Position numbers and translations under genes: made by a program. A DNA stretch of 64,000 nt from Cyclobacteriaceae bacterium (GTDB lineage Bacteria; Bacteroidota; Bacteroidia; Cytophagales; Cyclobacteriaceae), in NCBI GenBank assembly GCA_965228415.1, contig OZ245814.1, positions 2,001,125 through 2,065,124 on the forward strand. The letters are read 5' to 3'. Positions 48,055 to 58,123 of the stretch are shown here, piece after piece. The notes beneath the pieces were generated by a model, which saw only the letters and a list, made by a program, of their open reading frames with translations, was not told the origin of the DNA and did no database searches. The stretch's first letter is position 1. Each line of letters begins with the position of its first letter.

Positions 48055-50490
48055 ATGAAATTGAAGCAAGTAATCTTTACCATGTTAATGGTTTCGGTCT
48101 TTCAAAACCTGTTTGCAATCGAAAAAAAAGGGATTTTTTCTGATAAACCACCAGCATATGAACTCCCACTTGGGTATTTCCAACCGGTTGGAGGCTATTT
48201 CGGTTTAGGTTTTTATTCAGAGAACCACGGGCAAGCAAATGACGACAAGGAATTAAAAATAAGAATTAATCGGGGTAGGAAATTTACTAATAAGGGAGAA
48301 ATCGAGGTAGAAATACGACCAATTAAGCTTAGTGCTACACTCATCTCAAAAATGAAAATCGGTTTCCAGCCAGATCTTAGTGATGCCGAATGGGAAACCT
48401 TCAAATACAATAAATTTTTAAATATTCCTCAAAAAAATGGTGAGCTGGTGGTATATGCAAGTTTGCAGGATAAGGCCGGAAATAATTCTCCTATTGAAAA
48501 AGCAAAAATAATCATCGACACCACACCGCCTACAAGTACCGGTGTGATTATAAATAAAGGTGCCGAATTCACCAATGATCCTGAAATGAGGGTACGTCTG
48601 GCAATCCAGGCCACGGATGCCTACAAGATGCAGGTCAGCAATACAGGTCAATTTAATGATTCGGAATGGGAGGATTACGTACCTCAAAAAAACTGGATGA
48701 TCGGTCCCAGAAAGGAAGGCAAAAAAACAGTCTATGTTCGTTTTGCTGATAAGGCTACCAATATCAGCGAACCGGTATCGGCCTCTATTATGGTGGATCT
48801 GACGCCACCCGTCGGAACGCTAGAAATCAATCAGGGAGCAAAATATACTAACAGCAGAGATGTATCTATTAATATCAACTCCAAAGACGCAACGGTCGTA
48901 AGAATTGTTGGTTCCAAAATTCAAAATGCCCCTTACCAAAAGACTAAGGAGGATGGCAGTATGACCAAAAGTCTGCGGTTAGACTCGGTGAATGGAAAGA
49001 AATTCGTCAAGGTTTATTTCAGGGATAATGCGGGAAATATAAACAAGCAACCTGCTATTGACGAAATCATCCTGGACACCAAAGCGCCGCACATCGGGCT
49101 GTTTAAGATCAATCAGGGTGAAAAATATTGTACCCAAAAAGAGGGCAAGGTAACCTTAAAAATTGGAACAAGGGAAGAGTTGGGCTCCTTCGATATGTAT
49201 GTCAGTAATGATAGAGAATTTAAAGATGCCAAACCCAGAGCCTATGTCCCCAAGATTGACAACTGGCAACTCGACGCTACATCAGATGGGCTGAAACACG
49301 TTTATTTAAAGTTTGTGGATAAGGCGGGAAACGTTTCAAAAATAGCTGTATCCAAGGTAATTTTAGATCGCCAGCCTCCCATAGCGGATAAGATCGTTGT
49401 TGATAATGGCAATGAATGGGTCAGTAAAAATTATGCCAGCTTATCGCTCAGAGCCATGGATGCTGATTATATGGAAGTTAGCAACAGCCCCAAATTTTCA
49501 CAGATCAATGCCTGGGAAACATTTGCGACCACCAGGGCTAATTGGATGTTGCCAGCAAGAGATGGAAAAATTAATGTCTATGCCAGGTTTAAGGATAGAG
49601 CGGGAAATGTTTCTGAAGTTATTTCCGATTTTATACATAAAGACACCAAATCACCTACCGGAAAAATCAGTATCAACAATGGTGCTAAATTTACCAAAGA
49701 TGTGTCAAAAACGGTGAGTTTATCCATGTCTTACGACAGCGATGCTTATGAAATGCAAATAAATAACAGTCCGAATTTCAACAATGTGAAGTGGGAAATG
49801 GTAAGTGCCAAAATTGATTCCTGGAATTTGGATGAGGAAGATGGGGAAAAAAGAATTTTTGCCCGCTATAAGGACAAGGCAGGTAACATATCTGAAATAA
49901 TAGCTGCCAGAATTATACTTGATACACAGGCACCGCTATACCCTTCAATAACCATTAACGGAGACTCTTTATATACTGGCAGAATGGATAAAATGGTTGA
50001 TCTGGATATTAACGCTGAAGATGCGGCTTATATGATGGTATCTTCCAAAGCGGATTTTAGTGATGCTAAGTGGGAGCAATATAATCAGCAAAGAAAATTT
50101 ATGCTTGCAGGATCTGATGGGGAAAAAGAAATATTTGTAAAATTCAAAGATGAAGCGGGCAACGTATCTCCGGCAGCCAGTAGTAAGATAATTCTGGATC
50201 GCTATCCGCCAAAGCCTATTTCATTTCAGATCAACAATGGCGATGAATGGAGTAACCAGGCTAATAAAGAAGTGACACTTCAAATCCAGGCCGAAGATGC
50301 CACGAAAATGATTATTTCTGACAACCCGGAGTTTGCCGGTGCTAAATGGCAACCTTATAAGACCGAAATAGCCAATTATGAACTTCAGGGAGATGATGGC
50401 TTGAAAACACTGTTTATCTCCTTCAAAGACGAGGCGGGTCATCAATCCAAGAACCTTTCTGCTACCATCAAACTTAAAAGAGAATTCTAA
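48055..50490 (+). CDS. Secreted protein of eight tandem ~96-aa Ig-like repeats
   Basis: Signal peptide followed by 8 repeats. Each begins D-T-(P/A)-P and contains INxGxxYT...SNxxxFxxxxWExY...DGxKxVYxxFKDxAGNxS. Confidence 0.6.
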   Translation: MKLKQVIFTMLMVSVFQNLFAIEKKGIFSDKPPAYELPLGYFQPVGGYFGLGFYSENHGQANDDKELKIRINRGRKFTNKGEIEVEIRPIKLSATLISKMKIGFQPDLSDAEWETFKYNKFLNIPQKNGELVVYASLQDKAGNNSPIEKAKIIIDTTPPTSTGVIINKGAEFTNDPEMRVRLAIQATDAYKMQVSNTGQFNDSEWEDYVPQKNWMIGPRKEGKKTVYVRFADKATNISEPVSASIMVDLTPPVGTLEINQGAKYTNSRDVSININSKDATVVRIVGSKIQNAPYQKTKEDGSMTKSLRLDSVNGKKFVKVYFRDNAGNINKQPAIDEIILDTKAPHIGLFKINQGEKYCTQKEGKVTLKIGTREELGSFDMYVSNDREFKDAKPRAYVPKIDNWQLDATSDGLKHVYLKFVDKAGNVSKIAVSKVILDRQPPIADKIVVDNGNEWVSKNYASLSLRAMDADYMEVSNSPKFSQINAWETFATTRANWMLPARDGKINVYARFKDRAGNVSEVISDFIHKDTKSPTGKISINNGAKFTKDVSKTVSLSMSYDSDAYEMQINNSPNFNNVKWEMVSAKIDSWNLDEEDGEKRIFARYKDKAGNISEIIAARIILDTQAPLYPSITINGDSLYTGRMDKMVDLDINAEDAAYMMVSSKADFSDAKWEQYNQQRKFMLAGSDGEKEIFVKFKDEAGNVSPAASSKIILDRYPPKPISFQINNGDEWSNQANKEVTLQIQAEDATKMIISDNPEFAGAKWQPYKTEIANYELQGDDGLKTLFISFKDEAGHQSKNLSATIKLKREF

Positions 50491-50532
50491 TAACATTCTT
50501 AAATTAGCGAAGCAATGTCATGATTGCCGGCC

Positions 50533-50579
50533 GTGATAACAGATTAAAACGGCCGGCAATTTTATTTTAGACCGGGTCT
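50533..50579 (+). terminator. Rho-independent terminator after repeat-protein gene
   Basis: Perfect 12-bp stem ATTGCCGGCCGT/ACGGCCGGCAAT with a 14-nt loop, followed by TTTTATTTT. Confidence 0.8.
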
Positions 50580-50619
50580 TAATAAATTTACACCCAACCC
50601 GTTCCGAAGTCATTGCTGC

Positions 50620-51684
50620 ATGTTCAAATTATTGTATAAATTATTTCTCCTTTTAACCGCCCTCGTTTACTTAAGCAGCTTTGTTTCGCCGGGATGGGTT
50701 TGGTTCTTTGGATTATCTTCATTTCTCATACCTGTTTTGTTGTTCCTTCACCTGTCCTCCTTTGTTTTCTGGATAATATTCAAAAGAAAGTTCCTGATAT
50801 ATCCCGCCGTGGGACTGGTTATGAGCCTGCCTTATCTTTTAATAACCGTCTCCTTTCATTCAAAAAAAGAAAAGCCTGAAGGATTATCGGTATTAAGTTA
50901 TAATGCGCGCGTATTCAATGTCTACAAGCATTTAAATCACGATTTTGAATCCTCCAAAAAGATGATCGCGTGGGCTGTGCAGGACACATCAGCTATCAAG
51001 TGTTTTCAGGAATTTCACAACCAAAAGGAGTCTGAAATATTCAATACTACCGAAATTTTTAGTGAACACGGCAGGTATGAACCTTTTGTAAAGCCTCATG
51101 TCATAAACAGTATGGGGCATGAATTCGGTCTGGCTATATTCAGCAGGTACCCGGTAATCAATAAGGGTATGGTAGTATTTAAGCAATCCGGCAATAACAA
51201 CAGCGCCATATACGTAGATGTTGTTTATAACAGCGATACCGTAAGAATATATAATGCTCACTTTGAATCAATGAGCATCAGTGGAAATGAGCTGGATGCA
51301 CCATCTGGTCTCAAACAGTTTTGGCATAACCTTATGGCCCGGTTGCGATCAGGCATGGTGATACGGGCCAGGCAGGTTGGAGAATTAATGAGACACATTG
51401 AAAACTGTCCCTTCAATGTGGTACTATGCTGCGATCTCAATGAACTACCCTATAGCTATGTTTATCATAAAATTAAAAATCAACTGGCTAATTCATTTGA
51501 GAAAGGTGGTCGCGGGTTTGGCTTCAGCTATAATGGCAAAATACCTTTTTTGCGGATTGATAATCAATTTTTCAGTAGCCGGCTTGAGATCCTGAAATAT
51601 CAGAATTTACAAAAAATCAATTATTCAGATCATTATCCCATTAAATGCGTTTATCGTTTTAACAAAAAGGATAAAAACGAATGA
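50620..51684 (+). CDS. Endonuclease/exonuclease/phosphatase (EEP) family protein with N-terminal membrane anchor
   Basis: Three N-terminal TM helices and an EEP core (LSVLSYNARVFN...IYNAHFES...DHYPI). Confidence 0.7.
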   Translation: MFKLLYKLFLLLTALVYLSSFVSPGWVWFFGLSSFLIPVLLFLHLSSFVFWIIFKRKFLIYPAVGLVMSLPYLLITVSFHSKKEKPEGLSVLSYNARVFNVYKHLNHDFESSKKMIAWAVQDTSAIKCFQEFHNQKESEIFNTTEIFSEHGRYEPFVKPHVINSMGHEFGLAIFSRYPVINKGMVVFKQSGNNNSAIYVDVVYNSDTVRIYNAHFESMSISGNELDAPSGLKQFWHNLMARLRSGMVIRARQVGELMRHIENCPFNVVLCCDLNELPYSYVYHKIKNQLANSFEKGGRGFGFSYNGKIPFLRIDNQFFSSRLEILKYQNLQKINYSDHYPIKCVYRFNKKDKNE

Positions 51685-51744
51685 TTGGCATAAATCACTG
51701 TCATCACTAAAACACAATAATAACTTAGAATTTTTTAAACATAT

Positions 51745-52908
51745 TTGCAGCATATGCTTTGTCAAAAAGATCATTTTTCCATTCCCGATCATATCACTTA
51801 TCTAAATTGCGCCTACATGTCACCGCAGCTGAAAACGGTTATGGACGCCGGGATTGAAGCCGCTCATATAAAAAATCACCCTTTTCAAATTAAACCGGAA
51901 GATTTCTTTAATGCCACAACGACGTTGCGCCAGACATTTTCCAAATTAATCAGCAACCCTGATCCCGACAGGATTGCCGTCATTCCTTCCGTATCCTACG
52001 GTATGGCCATTGTAAGTAAAAATCTGAATTTGCAACCTGGCGAGGAAATCCTGTTGGCAAATGAACAATTTCCCAGTAATTTTTACCCCTGGCAAAAGCT
52101 GGCCCATGAAAAAAAGGGGCAATTGGTCATCGTCGAGGCACCGGATGAGGACAACCGGGGCAAAAAATGGAATGAAAAAATTCTGGAAAATATCAACGGA
52201 AAGACAAAACTGGTTACCATCGGTAATGTTCACTGGGCGGATGGAACCAAATTTGATCTCAAAGCTATTCGCCAAAGGACGTTGGAAGTGGGTGCGTTGC
52301 TGGTGGTAGATGGTACACAGTCAGTGGGCGCCTTGCCATTCGACATAGGAGATATACAACCCGATGCACTGGTATGTTCGGGTTATAAATGGTTGTTAGG
52401 GCCTTATTCTATGGCCTTTGCCTATTTTGGATCCTTCTTCGATCAGGGTGATCCTATAGAGGAAAACTGGATCAATCGGCGCAATAGCGAGGATTTTGCA
52501 GGATTGGTGGCCTACGAGCCTAACTATAAGGAAAAAGCACTTCGATATGCAGTGGGAGAACATAGTAATTTTTCTTTAACACCTATGATGCAAAAAGCGC
52601 TTGAGCAATTAATTGAATGGGGGGCTTCAGGCATCCAGCAATATTGTTGTCAGCTAACAAAGGCTCCAGTCGCCGAGTTATTGTCGATGGGCTTCAGGAT
52701 TGAAAATGAGCACTTTAGGGGATCTCATTTAATCGGTGTGAGGGCGCCTGATCATTTGGATGTCAAAGCCTTGTCAAACCAGTTTAAGCAGCATGATGTA
52801 TACATTTCTGTCAGGGGAAATGCTATCCGGGTAGCCCCCAATGTTTACAATGATCAAAATGATATGGATAAACTGGTGGAAATAATTAAGAAGGCAATCC
52901 CGCGATGA
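51745..52908 (+). CDS. Class-V aminotransferase-fold PLP enzyme (kynureninase/IscS-like fold)
   Basis: YLNCAYMSPQ start, VVDGTQSVGALP and a SGYKWLLGP PLP-lysine block. Confidence 0.75.
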   Translation: MQHMLCQKDHFSIPDHITYLNCAYMSPQLKTVMDAGIEAAHIKNHPFQIKPEDFFNATTTLRQTFSKLISNPDPDRIAVIPSVSYGMAIVSKNLNLQPGEEILLANEQFPSNFYPWQKLAHEKKGQLVIVEAPDEDNRGKKWNEKILENINGKTKLVTIGNVHWADGTKFDLKAIRQRTLEVGALLVVDGTQSVGALPFDIGDIQPDALVCSGYKWLLGPYSMAFAYFGSFFDQGDPIEENWINRRNSEDFAGLVAYEPNYKEKALRYAVGEHSNFSLTPMMQKALEQLIEWGASGIQQYCCQLTKAPVAELLSMGFRIENEHFRGSHLIGVRAPDHLDVKALSNQFKQHDVYISVRGNAIRVAPNVYNDQNDMDKLVEIIKKAIPR

Positions 52909-52967
52909 CATACTTTTTTGCCGGTACCAGACGGAACGGCGGCAAGCCCCATTTTTAATTTGGCAGG

Positions 52968-54668
52968 CTAAAGGCTTCGCACAAAATGCAACTCCACCCG
53001 TTTATTTTTGACCTTACCCAAAGGATCTCCGGACGGCACCACCGGGTTACTATCACCAAAACCCTCGATCCTGATACGGTGTCCCGGCACTCCCTGTTTC
53101 AGGAAATGATTTAATAAGGTCTCAGCCTGTTTGATCGTGCGATCATTGTGATACGTATATTTTATGGCTTGAATAGCCGGCTCAGGAATGCTATTATTCA
53201 GGCTATCCAAATCAACATCTTTATCAATGTGTTCAACATCGGTCCACCCGCTGCCATTGCCATTTCCAGAATTTTCCTCATTTGAGGAACTGAACTCGTG
53301 GAAGGCATAGACCGTATCGATCCTAACCTCCGTCAAGTCTTCGCTACTTTGAATGGAATCGCTAAACACCTGATCAGTATGCACCCCAATCTCAAGATTT
53401 AAATTGGGATTGTCTTTTAGCGCTTTCATTATTCTTTTAAGCTCAAAGCCGGAAGCATTATCCAATTCGGCGGAATACGGCTTGAACCTGATATTCTCCG
53501 AGATTACAGTCAGGCCATCTCTTATTTTTTTTAGCCTGAATATGTGGTTTTCCTTCACTGAGCTTTTCATGGAGTCAGCAAAATATATTTTTGAACTATA
53601 CAAATACTTCTTATCCAGCGATTGGATTGAGAAATCACAAACTCTGCCAACCGGAAACACCGTATAAAATTTACCGCTGGCTTCATCGGTTCTTGCGTAT
53701 AGAATCCTTTTTTGCGTTTCCGCATCATATACCTGTATAAATGCTTTCAATGGGTCTTCCGTATCATCGTCCACTACCAGGCCGTCCATCAACACCACTT
53801 TTTCACCCTGGAAATCTACCGGTAATTTTGAGACTATTATGTTTTCCTTGCCCCTGTAATCTGCTGAAAAATAGATTTCGGTTCCTTTGGCTGTCAGGCT
53901 GGTAAACATTTCATCCCTGGCCGAATTCAAAAATGACATTGAGACCGGCTTTGACCAGCTATCCTCCTGTTTTTGTGTTAGATAAAAGTCAAGTCCACCC
54001 TTACCCCCGGGCCGGCCAGAGGCAAAAACCAAGGTTTTATTGTCCGGAAATATCGATGGAAACTGTTCATTGCCCAGATTTACAGGAGATGGCAATTTTG
54101 TAGGTGTATTCCATAACTCCCGGTTTCTTTTTTTAGACACCCAAATACCACAATCCGAGGCAGCATCTTTTGTCATGCTTGCGCAACGCATAAAATACAG
54201 ATATTGGCCATCGGGAGATATTGAGGGAGCCCCTTCGTGTCCACTGGAGTTTACCGGCTTTCCAATATTTCTGGCCGGGGTCCAGTATCCCCCCTTTTTC
54301 TCGGTGTACATAATATCGTAGCCACCAATTCCCTGACCACGTTTCGATGTAAAATAGATGGTTTTTCCATCGGCGCTAAGACACGCACCTCCAATGAAAT
54401 TTAGCTCTAAAAAGTTGTTAACCTCTTTGACATCCTCAGGTGTCGACCATTTACCAGGCCCCACCTTGCGGGTATATTTTAGTTCAGGAGCTCCGCTGGC
54501 TGAATAGGTTGATAAAAATATCATGGTCTTGCCATCAGCACTAAGGCTGGGAGCAAAATTGTCTTTGTTCATGATATTGATACTCTTTGGTAATACTTTT
54601 CGCCCCACCTGGGCATTGGAGGCCATATGAAAGACTATCACAAAAAATAAAAAGTATAAGTATCTCAT
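52968..54668 (-). CDS. OmpA-family protein with TolB-like PD40 beta-propeller
   Basis: Signal peptide; repeated PD40 blades (LSADGKTMIFLS, ISPDGQYLYFM, FPDNKTLVFAS). C-terminal OmpA_C peptidoglycan-binding domain (...NRQYQ-like block TIKQAETLLNHFLKQGV...NKRVELHFV). Confidence 0.8.
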   Translation of the reverse strand: MRYLYFLFFVIVFHMASNAQVGRKVLPKSINIMNKDNFAPSLSADGKTMIFLSTYSASGAPELKYTRKVGPGKWSTPEDVKEVNNFLELNFIGGACLSADGKTIYFTSKRGQGIGGYDIMYTEKKGGYWTPARNIGKPVNSSGHEGAPSISPDGQYLYFMRCASMTKDAASDCGIWVSKKRNRELWNTPTKLPSPVNLGNEQFPSIFPDNKTLVFASGRPGGKGGLDFYLTQKQEDSWSKPVSMSFLNSARDEMFTSLTAKGTEIYFSADYRGKENIIVSKLPVDFQGEKVVLMDGLVVDDDTEDPLKAFIQVYDAETQKRILYARTDEASGKFYTVFPVGRVCDFSIQSLDKKYLYSSKIYFADSMKSSVKENHIFRLKKIRDGLTVISENIRFKPYSAELDNASGFELKRIMKALKDNPNLNLEIGVHTDQVFSDSIQSSEDLTEVRIDTVYAFHEFSSSNEENSGNGNGSGWTDVEHIDKDVDLDSLNNSIPEPAIQAIKYTYHNDRTIKQAETLLNHFLKQGVPGHRIRIEGFGDSNPVVPSGDPLGKVKNKRVELHFVRSL

Positions 54669-54880
54669 TTGTAAAGCATTTACTATATAACTTAGATATT
54701 TTAAAATTAGTGAATCCGGGACTTAAAAACTTTGAAAGATATTTTGTTTGATTGCCAATGACATGTTTTGCTCAAAAACTGTACAAATTCGACCGAACAA
54801 GTGTCCGAAATCAATACAGTATACAGCAAAACAAATAGCCGGAAGTTTATAACCTATTGATTATCAGCATATTATAAAAT

Positions 54881-54899
54881 TTGGCACATTCATTGGCAA
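54881..54899 (+). promoter_or_regulatory. Conserved TTGGCACATT-N2-TTGGCAA motif (copy 1)
   Basis: A near-identical 19-mer is repeated at 62731. It lies 56 bp upstream of the 54955 ORF. Confidence 0.35.
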
Positions 54900-54954
54900 T
54901 GTAATAACGAAGGTCAAAACTCAATTTAAAAACTCCAAATAACACTCAACAACA

Positions 54955-55302
54955 ATGAAAAGCGCCATTATCCTACTAAAATACACATCGGCTTCTCTTT
55001 GTATTTTCCTACTTTGCAGTTTTTTCCCTGATCGGCCTGCAACAAACAGTACAGATGGTGATAAAAACAAAAAAGAGAAAGTCAAAGAACTGTCGTATGA
55101 CAAAGTCTTCTCATCAAATTCATTGGATTTTGAATTTGAAGCTCAACCAAAAGTAAAAATTTATAACAGCAATGATATTCTTGTTTATGAAGACAACGTT
55201 GCTTCAATCGAGGATATACCCCAAGAGAGTTTAAAAAAATTGTTTTCAAAATGTAATTTTTTAATGGAGAATAATAACATCCGTTACTACATTATTAATT
55301 GA
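54955..55302 (+). CDS. Small secreted hypothetical protein (115 aa)
   Basis: Signal peptide. Bracketed by the conserved TTGGCA-N6-TTGGCA motif upstream and a strong rho-independent terminator downstream, which supports expression. Confidence 0.4.
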   Translation: MKSAIILLKYTSASLCIFLLCSFFPDRPATNSTDGDKNKKEKVKELSYDKVFSSNSLDFEFEAQPKVKIYNSNDILVYEDNVASIEDIPQESLKKLFSKCNFLMENNNIRYYIIN

Positions 55303-55331
55303 TAAACATAAAAATCTTCTTCATAAGTGAT

Positions 55332-55370
55332 AGTTTAGTTAAAATCTTATTCAAGCCCTTGAATAAGATT
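55332..55370 (+). terminator. Rho-independent terminator between small secreted ORF and hutG
   Basis: 13–14 bp perfect stem AAATCTTATTCAAG/CTTGAATAAGATTT, followed by TTTTTCTTTTT. Confidence 0.8.
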
Positions 55371-55512
55371 TTTTCTTTTTGATAAGCATAAAACTTTCCT
55401 GTATTCGGGAAGATTCAAGATCCATCGATCAGATTTCATACTAATGCCCTTTTTCCTTTCTGTGCGATTCTCTAATTTTAGTTCGAATTCATCTACCGAA
55501 CCATGTTTGCGA

Positions 55513-56304
55513 ATGGACGCATTTAAAATTATTCCCCCCGTTAAAAAAAAAGTGCCCATCGTGGTCAGTGTACCCCATTGCGGCATTGCCCTGCCACCTG
55601 AAGTCAAACCCCAGCTTAAACCAGATATGGTCGGATTTATTGATGACACGGATTGGTATGTTGATCGGCTTTATGATTTTACCACAGACCTGGGCATTAC
55701 GATGATCAGCGCCGTTTACAGCAGGTGGGTCATTGACTTAAACCGGGCGCCTGGCAGCGAACCATTGTACCAGGATGGACGAATTATTACAGAGCTGTTA
55801 CCCACTACAGATTTTTTAGGTAATCCACTATACCTGCATGCCCCCCCTGACCCAAAAGAAATAGCCAGAAGATCCAGGTTATACTATTATCCCTATCACC
55901 AGGCCTTAGAGCAGCTTTTGCTGGATTTAAAAGAGGAATTTGGTAAAGTAATACTGTTCGACGCACACTCTATCCGGCAACATGTCCCCACCATATCCCC
56001 GAAAAAGTTTCCCGACGCAATCTTAGGAGATAATAACGGTAAAAGTGCTGACACCAGGTTTGTAACCGCTGCATTGCAACAACTGAAACTTGGCGCATGG
56101 CAGGTTGAGCACAATTACTTATTTAAAGGGGGACATATCACGAGAAAGTTTGGTCAACCAAAAGATGATATTCACGCCATTCAGCTGGAAATGACTAAGA
56201 TCAATTATATGGATTCCGATGAAAAAACCTATCACCCGGCAAAGGCGAACAATACCAGAAAAATATTGGAAAACACCTTTAATGCCATTATTGATCTACT
56301 ATAA
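55513..56304 (+). CDS. hutG: N-formylglutamate amidohydrolase (FGase/HutG-like)
   Basis: FGase family block PIVVSVPHCG...DAHS, with the start chosen at MDAFKIIPP. Immediately upstream of hutF. Confidence 0.7.
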   Translation: MDAFKIIPPVKKKVPIVVSVPHCGIALPPEVKPQLKPDMVGFIDDTDWYVDRLYDFTTDLGITMISAVYSRWVIDLNRAPGSEPLYQDGRIITELLPTTDFLGNPLYLHAPPDPKEIARRSRLYYYPYHQALEQLLLDLKEEFGKVILFDAHSIRQHVPTISPKKFPDAILGDNNGKSADTRFVTAALQQLKLGAWQVEHNYLFKGGHITRKFGQPKDDIHAIQLEMTKINYMDSDEKTYHPAKANNTRKILENTFNAIIDLL

Positions 56305-56309
56305 GTCAT

Positions 56310-57695
56310 ATGAAAACACTGAGATTTCAAGGATTATTACAAAACAAAGGGTGGCTAAGCCCCGCTTATGTTGGTATCGATGATAATGGTATAATTGAAA
56401 GTATCAATGACCACAATGTCCCGGGTGGCAAGGTAGAATCAATTGAAGGCCTGGCGCTGCCTGGTTTTCAAAATGCACACTCACATGCCTTTCAATATGC
56501 TATGGCAGGGTTGGCCGAAGATCATACGAATGCCGCAGGGCTTAACGATAACTTCTGGTCCTGGCGGAAAAAAATGTATCAAATAGCCCTGTCAATTAAT
56601 CCTGATCAGTTAGAAGCCATCGCCGCCAGGTTATATGCCGAAATGGTACGGCATGGATATACTCATGTCGCCGAATTTCATTACCTGCATCTGGACCCAA
56701 CGGGAAGGCCTTATGCAAACAAAGCCGAGTTGGCAGAAAAATTGATTTCAGCAGCCAAAACAGCGGGTATCAATATTACGTTGGTTCCAATTTTTTATCA
56801 AAAAGGAGGTTTTGGTAAAGCTGCCAGGGAGGAACAGAAAAGATTTATCTGCCAGGATAGATCCGCCTATTTCGAGCTGTGGCAAGCTACAAGTGAGGTC
56901 TGCGACCAACATGAGCATGCCAGGGTTGCCCTGGGAATTCATTCCATGCGGGCTGTCGAGCCCAATGAAATTATAGCCACCCTGGACGAGGCGCCATCCC
57001 ACATTCCTATTCACATTCATGTTGCAGAGCAGTTACTGGAAGTAGAAGCGTCTTTAGCTTATTTAGGTCAAAGGCCGGTCGAATGGCTGTCGAATGAGGC
57101 GGGATTAAATGATAATTTTCACCTGGTTCACGCTACACACCTAAGTGACAATGAGATAAAAAAAATAGCTGATGCCGGGGCCAACGTTGTATTGTGTCCT
57201 TCGACCGAGGGTAACCTGGGTGATGGCTTATTTCCGTACCGTCAGTTTCAGGAGCATAATGGACGATGGTCGATTGGGACCGACAGCCACATTGGCTTGA
57301 ATCCCATGGAAGAATTGAGGTGGCTGGATTACGGTCAACGACTTCATACACACAACAGAAACACTTTTCGCCTGCCCTCACAAAAATGTATTAGTGGATT
57401 AATAGCCATCGGTCACTGTTTTCGACATGGGAGAAAGGCGATGGGCTTCAATGATCATGAATTTTTCAAAATTGGCAGTCCTATGAACGCCCTGGTAGTT
57501 GATGCCGTCAATCCGCTCATACAGGCTACGAGCTTTGAAAGTTTGGCATCCACCATCGTTTACAGCAGCGATGTCACCTTCAACCTGGGTACCCTGGTAA
57601 ATGGTAAGTGGCTGGTTAAAAACAATATCCATAGTGACATAGAAAACATAAACCGACAATTTATGACAGCTATGAAAAGCCTGGCCATCAGATAA
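56310..57695 (+). CDS. hutF: Formimidoylglutamate deiminase (amidohydrolase superfamily)
   Basis: Strong HutF match at LPGFQNAHSHAFQYAMAGLAE...FWSWRKKMY...GYTHVAEFHYLH. Confidence 0.8.
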   Translation: MKTLRFQGLLQNKGWLSPAYVGIDDNGIIESINDHNVPGGKVESIEGLALPGFQNAHSHAFQYAMAGLAEDHTNAAGLNDNFWSWRKKMYQIALSINPDQLEAIAARLYAEMVRHGYTHVAEFHYLHLDPTGRPYANKAELAEKLISAAKTAGINITLVPIFYQKGGFGKAAREEQKRFICQDRSAYFELWQATSEVCDQHEHARVALGIHSMRAVEPNEIIATLDEAPSHIPIHIHVAEQLLEVEASLAYLGQRPVEWLSNEAGLNDNFHLVHATHLSDNEIKKIADAGANVVLCPSTEGNLGDGLFPYRQFQEHNGRWSIGTDSHIGLNPMEELRWLDYGQRLHTHNRNTFRLPSQKCISGLIAIGHCFRHGRKAMGFNDHEFFKIGSPMNALVVDAVNPLIQATSFESLASTIVYSSDVTFNLGTLVNGKWLVKNNIHSDIENINRQFMTAMKSLAIR

Positions 57696-57825
57696 ATTTT
57701 ATCACCCATTATCTCTTTTTGCCAAACCGCGGATTTAAGCACTATAAAGATAAAATACCGAATCCCCAACTTTAACGGGGAAGCTTGTGGTTTAAGGAGT
57801 TATTGAAAAACCTGTCAAATGCCAA

Positions 57826-58119
57826 TTACGCATAGGTTACACCTATGACAATCAACATCAGAATAATAAAACCCAAAGAAAGATTAAAAATATTGCGGAG
57901 CTGGACGCTATTAAGAGTAATGGCGGTTATCACACCAATGATTAAGCCCCCTAAAAATCCGATGAAAACATAACCCAAAAAATTACTTAATTTATCCCAT
58001 CCTATTCCTGTTGGGTCAAAATTCAAAGCAAAGTTTGAAAATATAATACCCATTAAAATGCCATCCATACACATTATAATTACCAAGAGAAACCTTGGTA
58101 ATTGCTTCGAAAAATCCAT
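57826..58119 (-). CDS. Small 2–3 TM membrane protein
   Basis: 97 aa and hydrophobic; lies 4 bp downstream of the anti-sigma candidate. Confidence 0.3.
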   Translation of the reverse strand: MDFSKQLPRFLLVIIMCMDGILMGIIFSNFALNFDPTGIGWDKLSNFLGYVFIGFLGGLIIGVITAITLNSVQLRNIFNLSLGFIILMLIVIGVTYA

Positions 58120-58123
58120 CCAG

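Noticed and set aside
54881-54899. Interpretation of the TTGGCAC...TTGGCAA motif as a canonical sigma-54 -24/-12 promoter
   Set aside because: The GG-to-GC spacing is 13 nt rather than 12, and the -12 element reads TTGGCA rather than TTGCA. It is kept only as a motif of unknown function.
55444-55512. Upstream 23-codon extension of hutG (MPFFLSVRFS...)
   Set aside because: The extension is hydrophobic and low-complexity, and it overlaps the terminator T-tract region. The internal Met gives the family-typical N-terminus.
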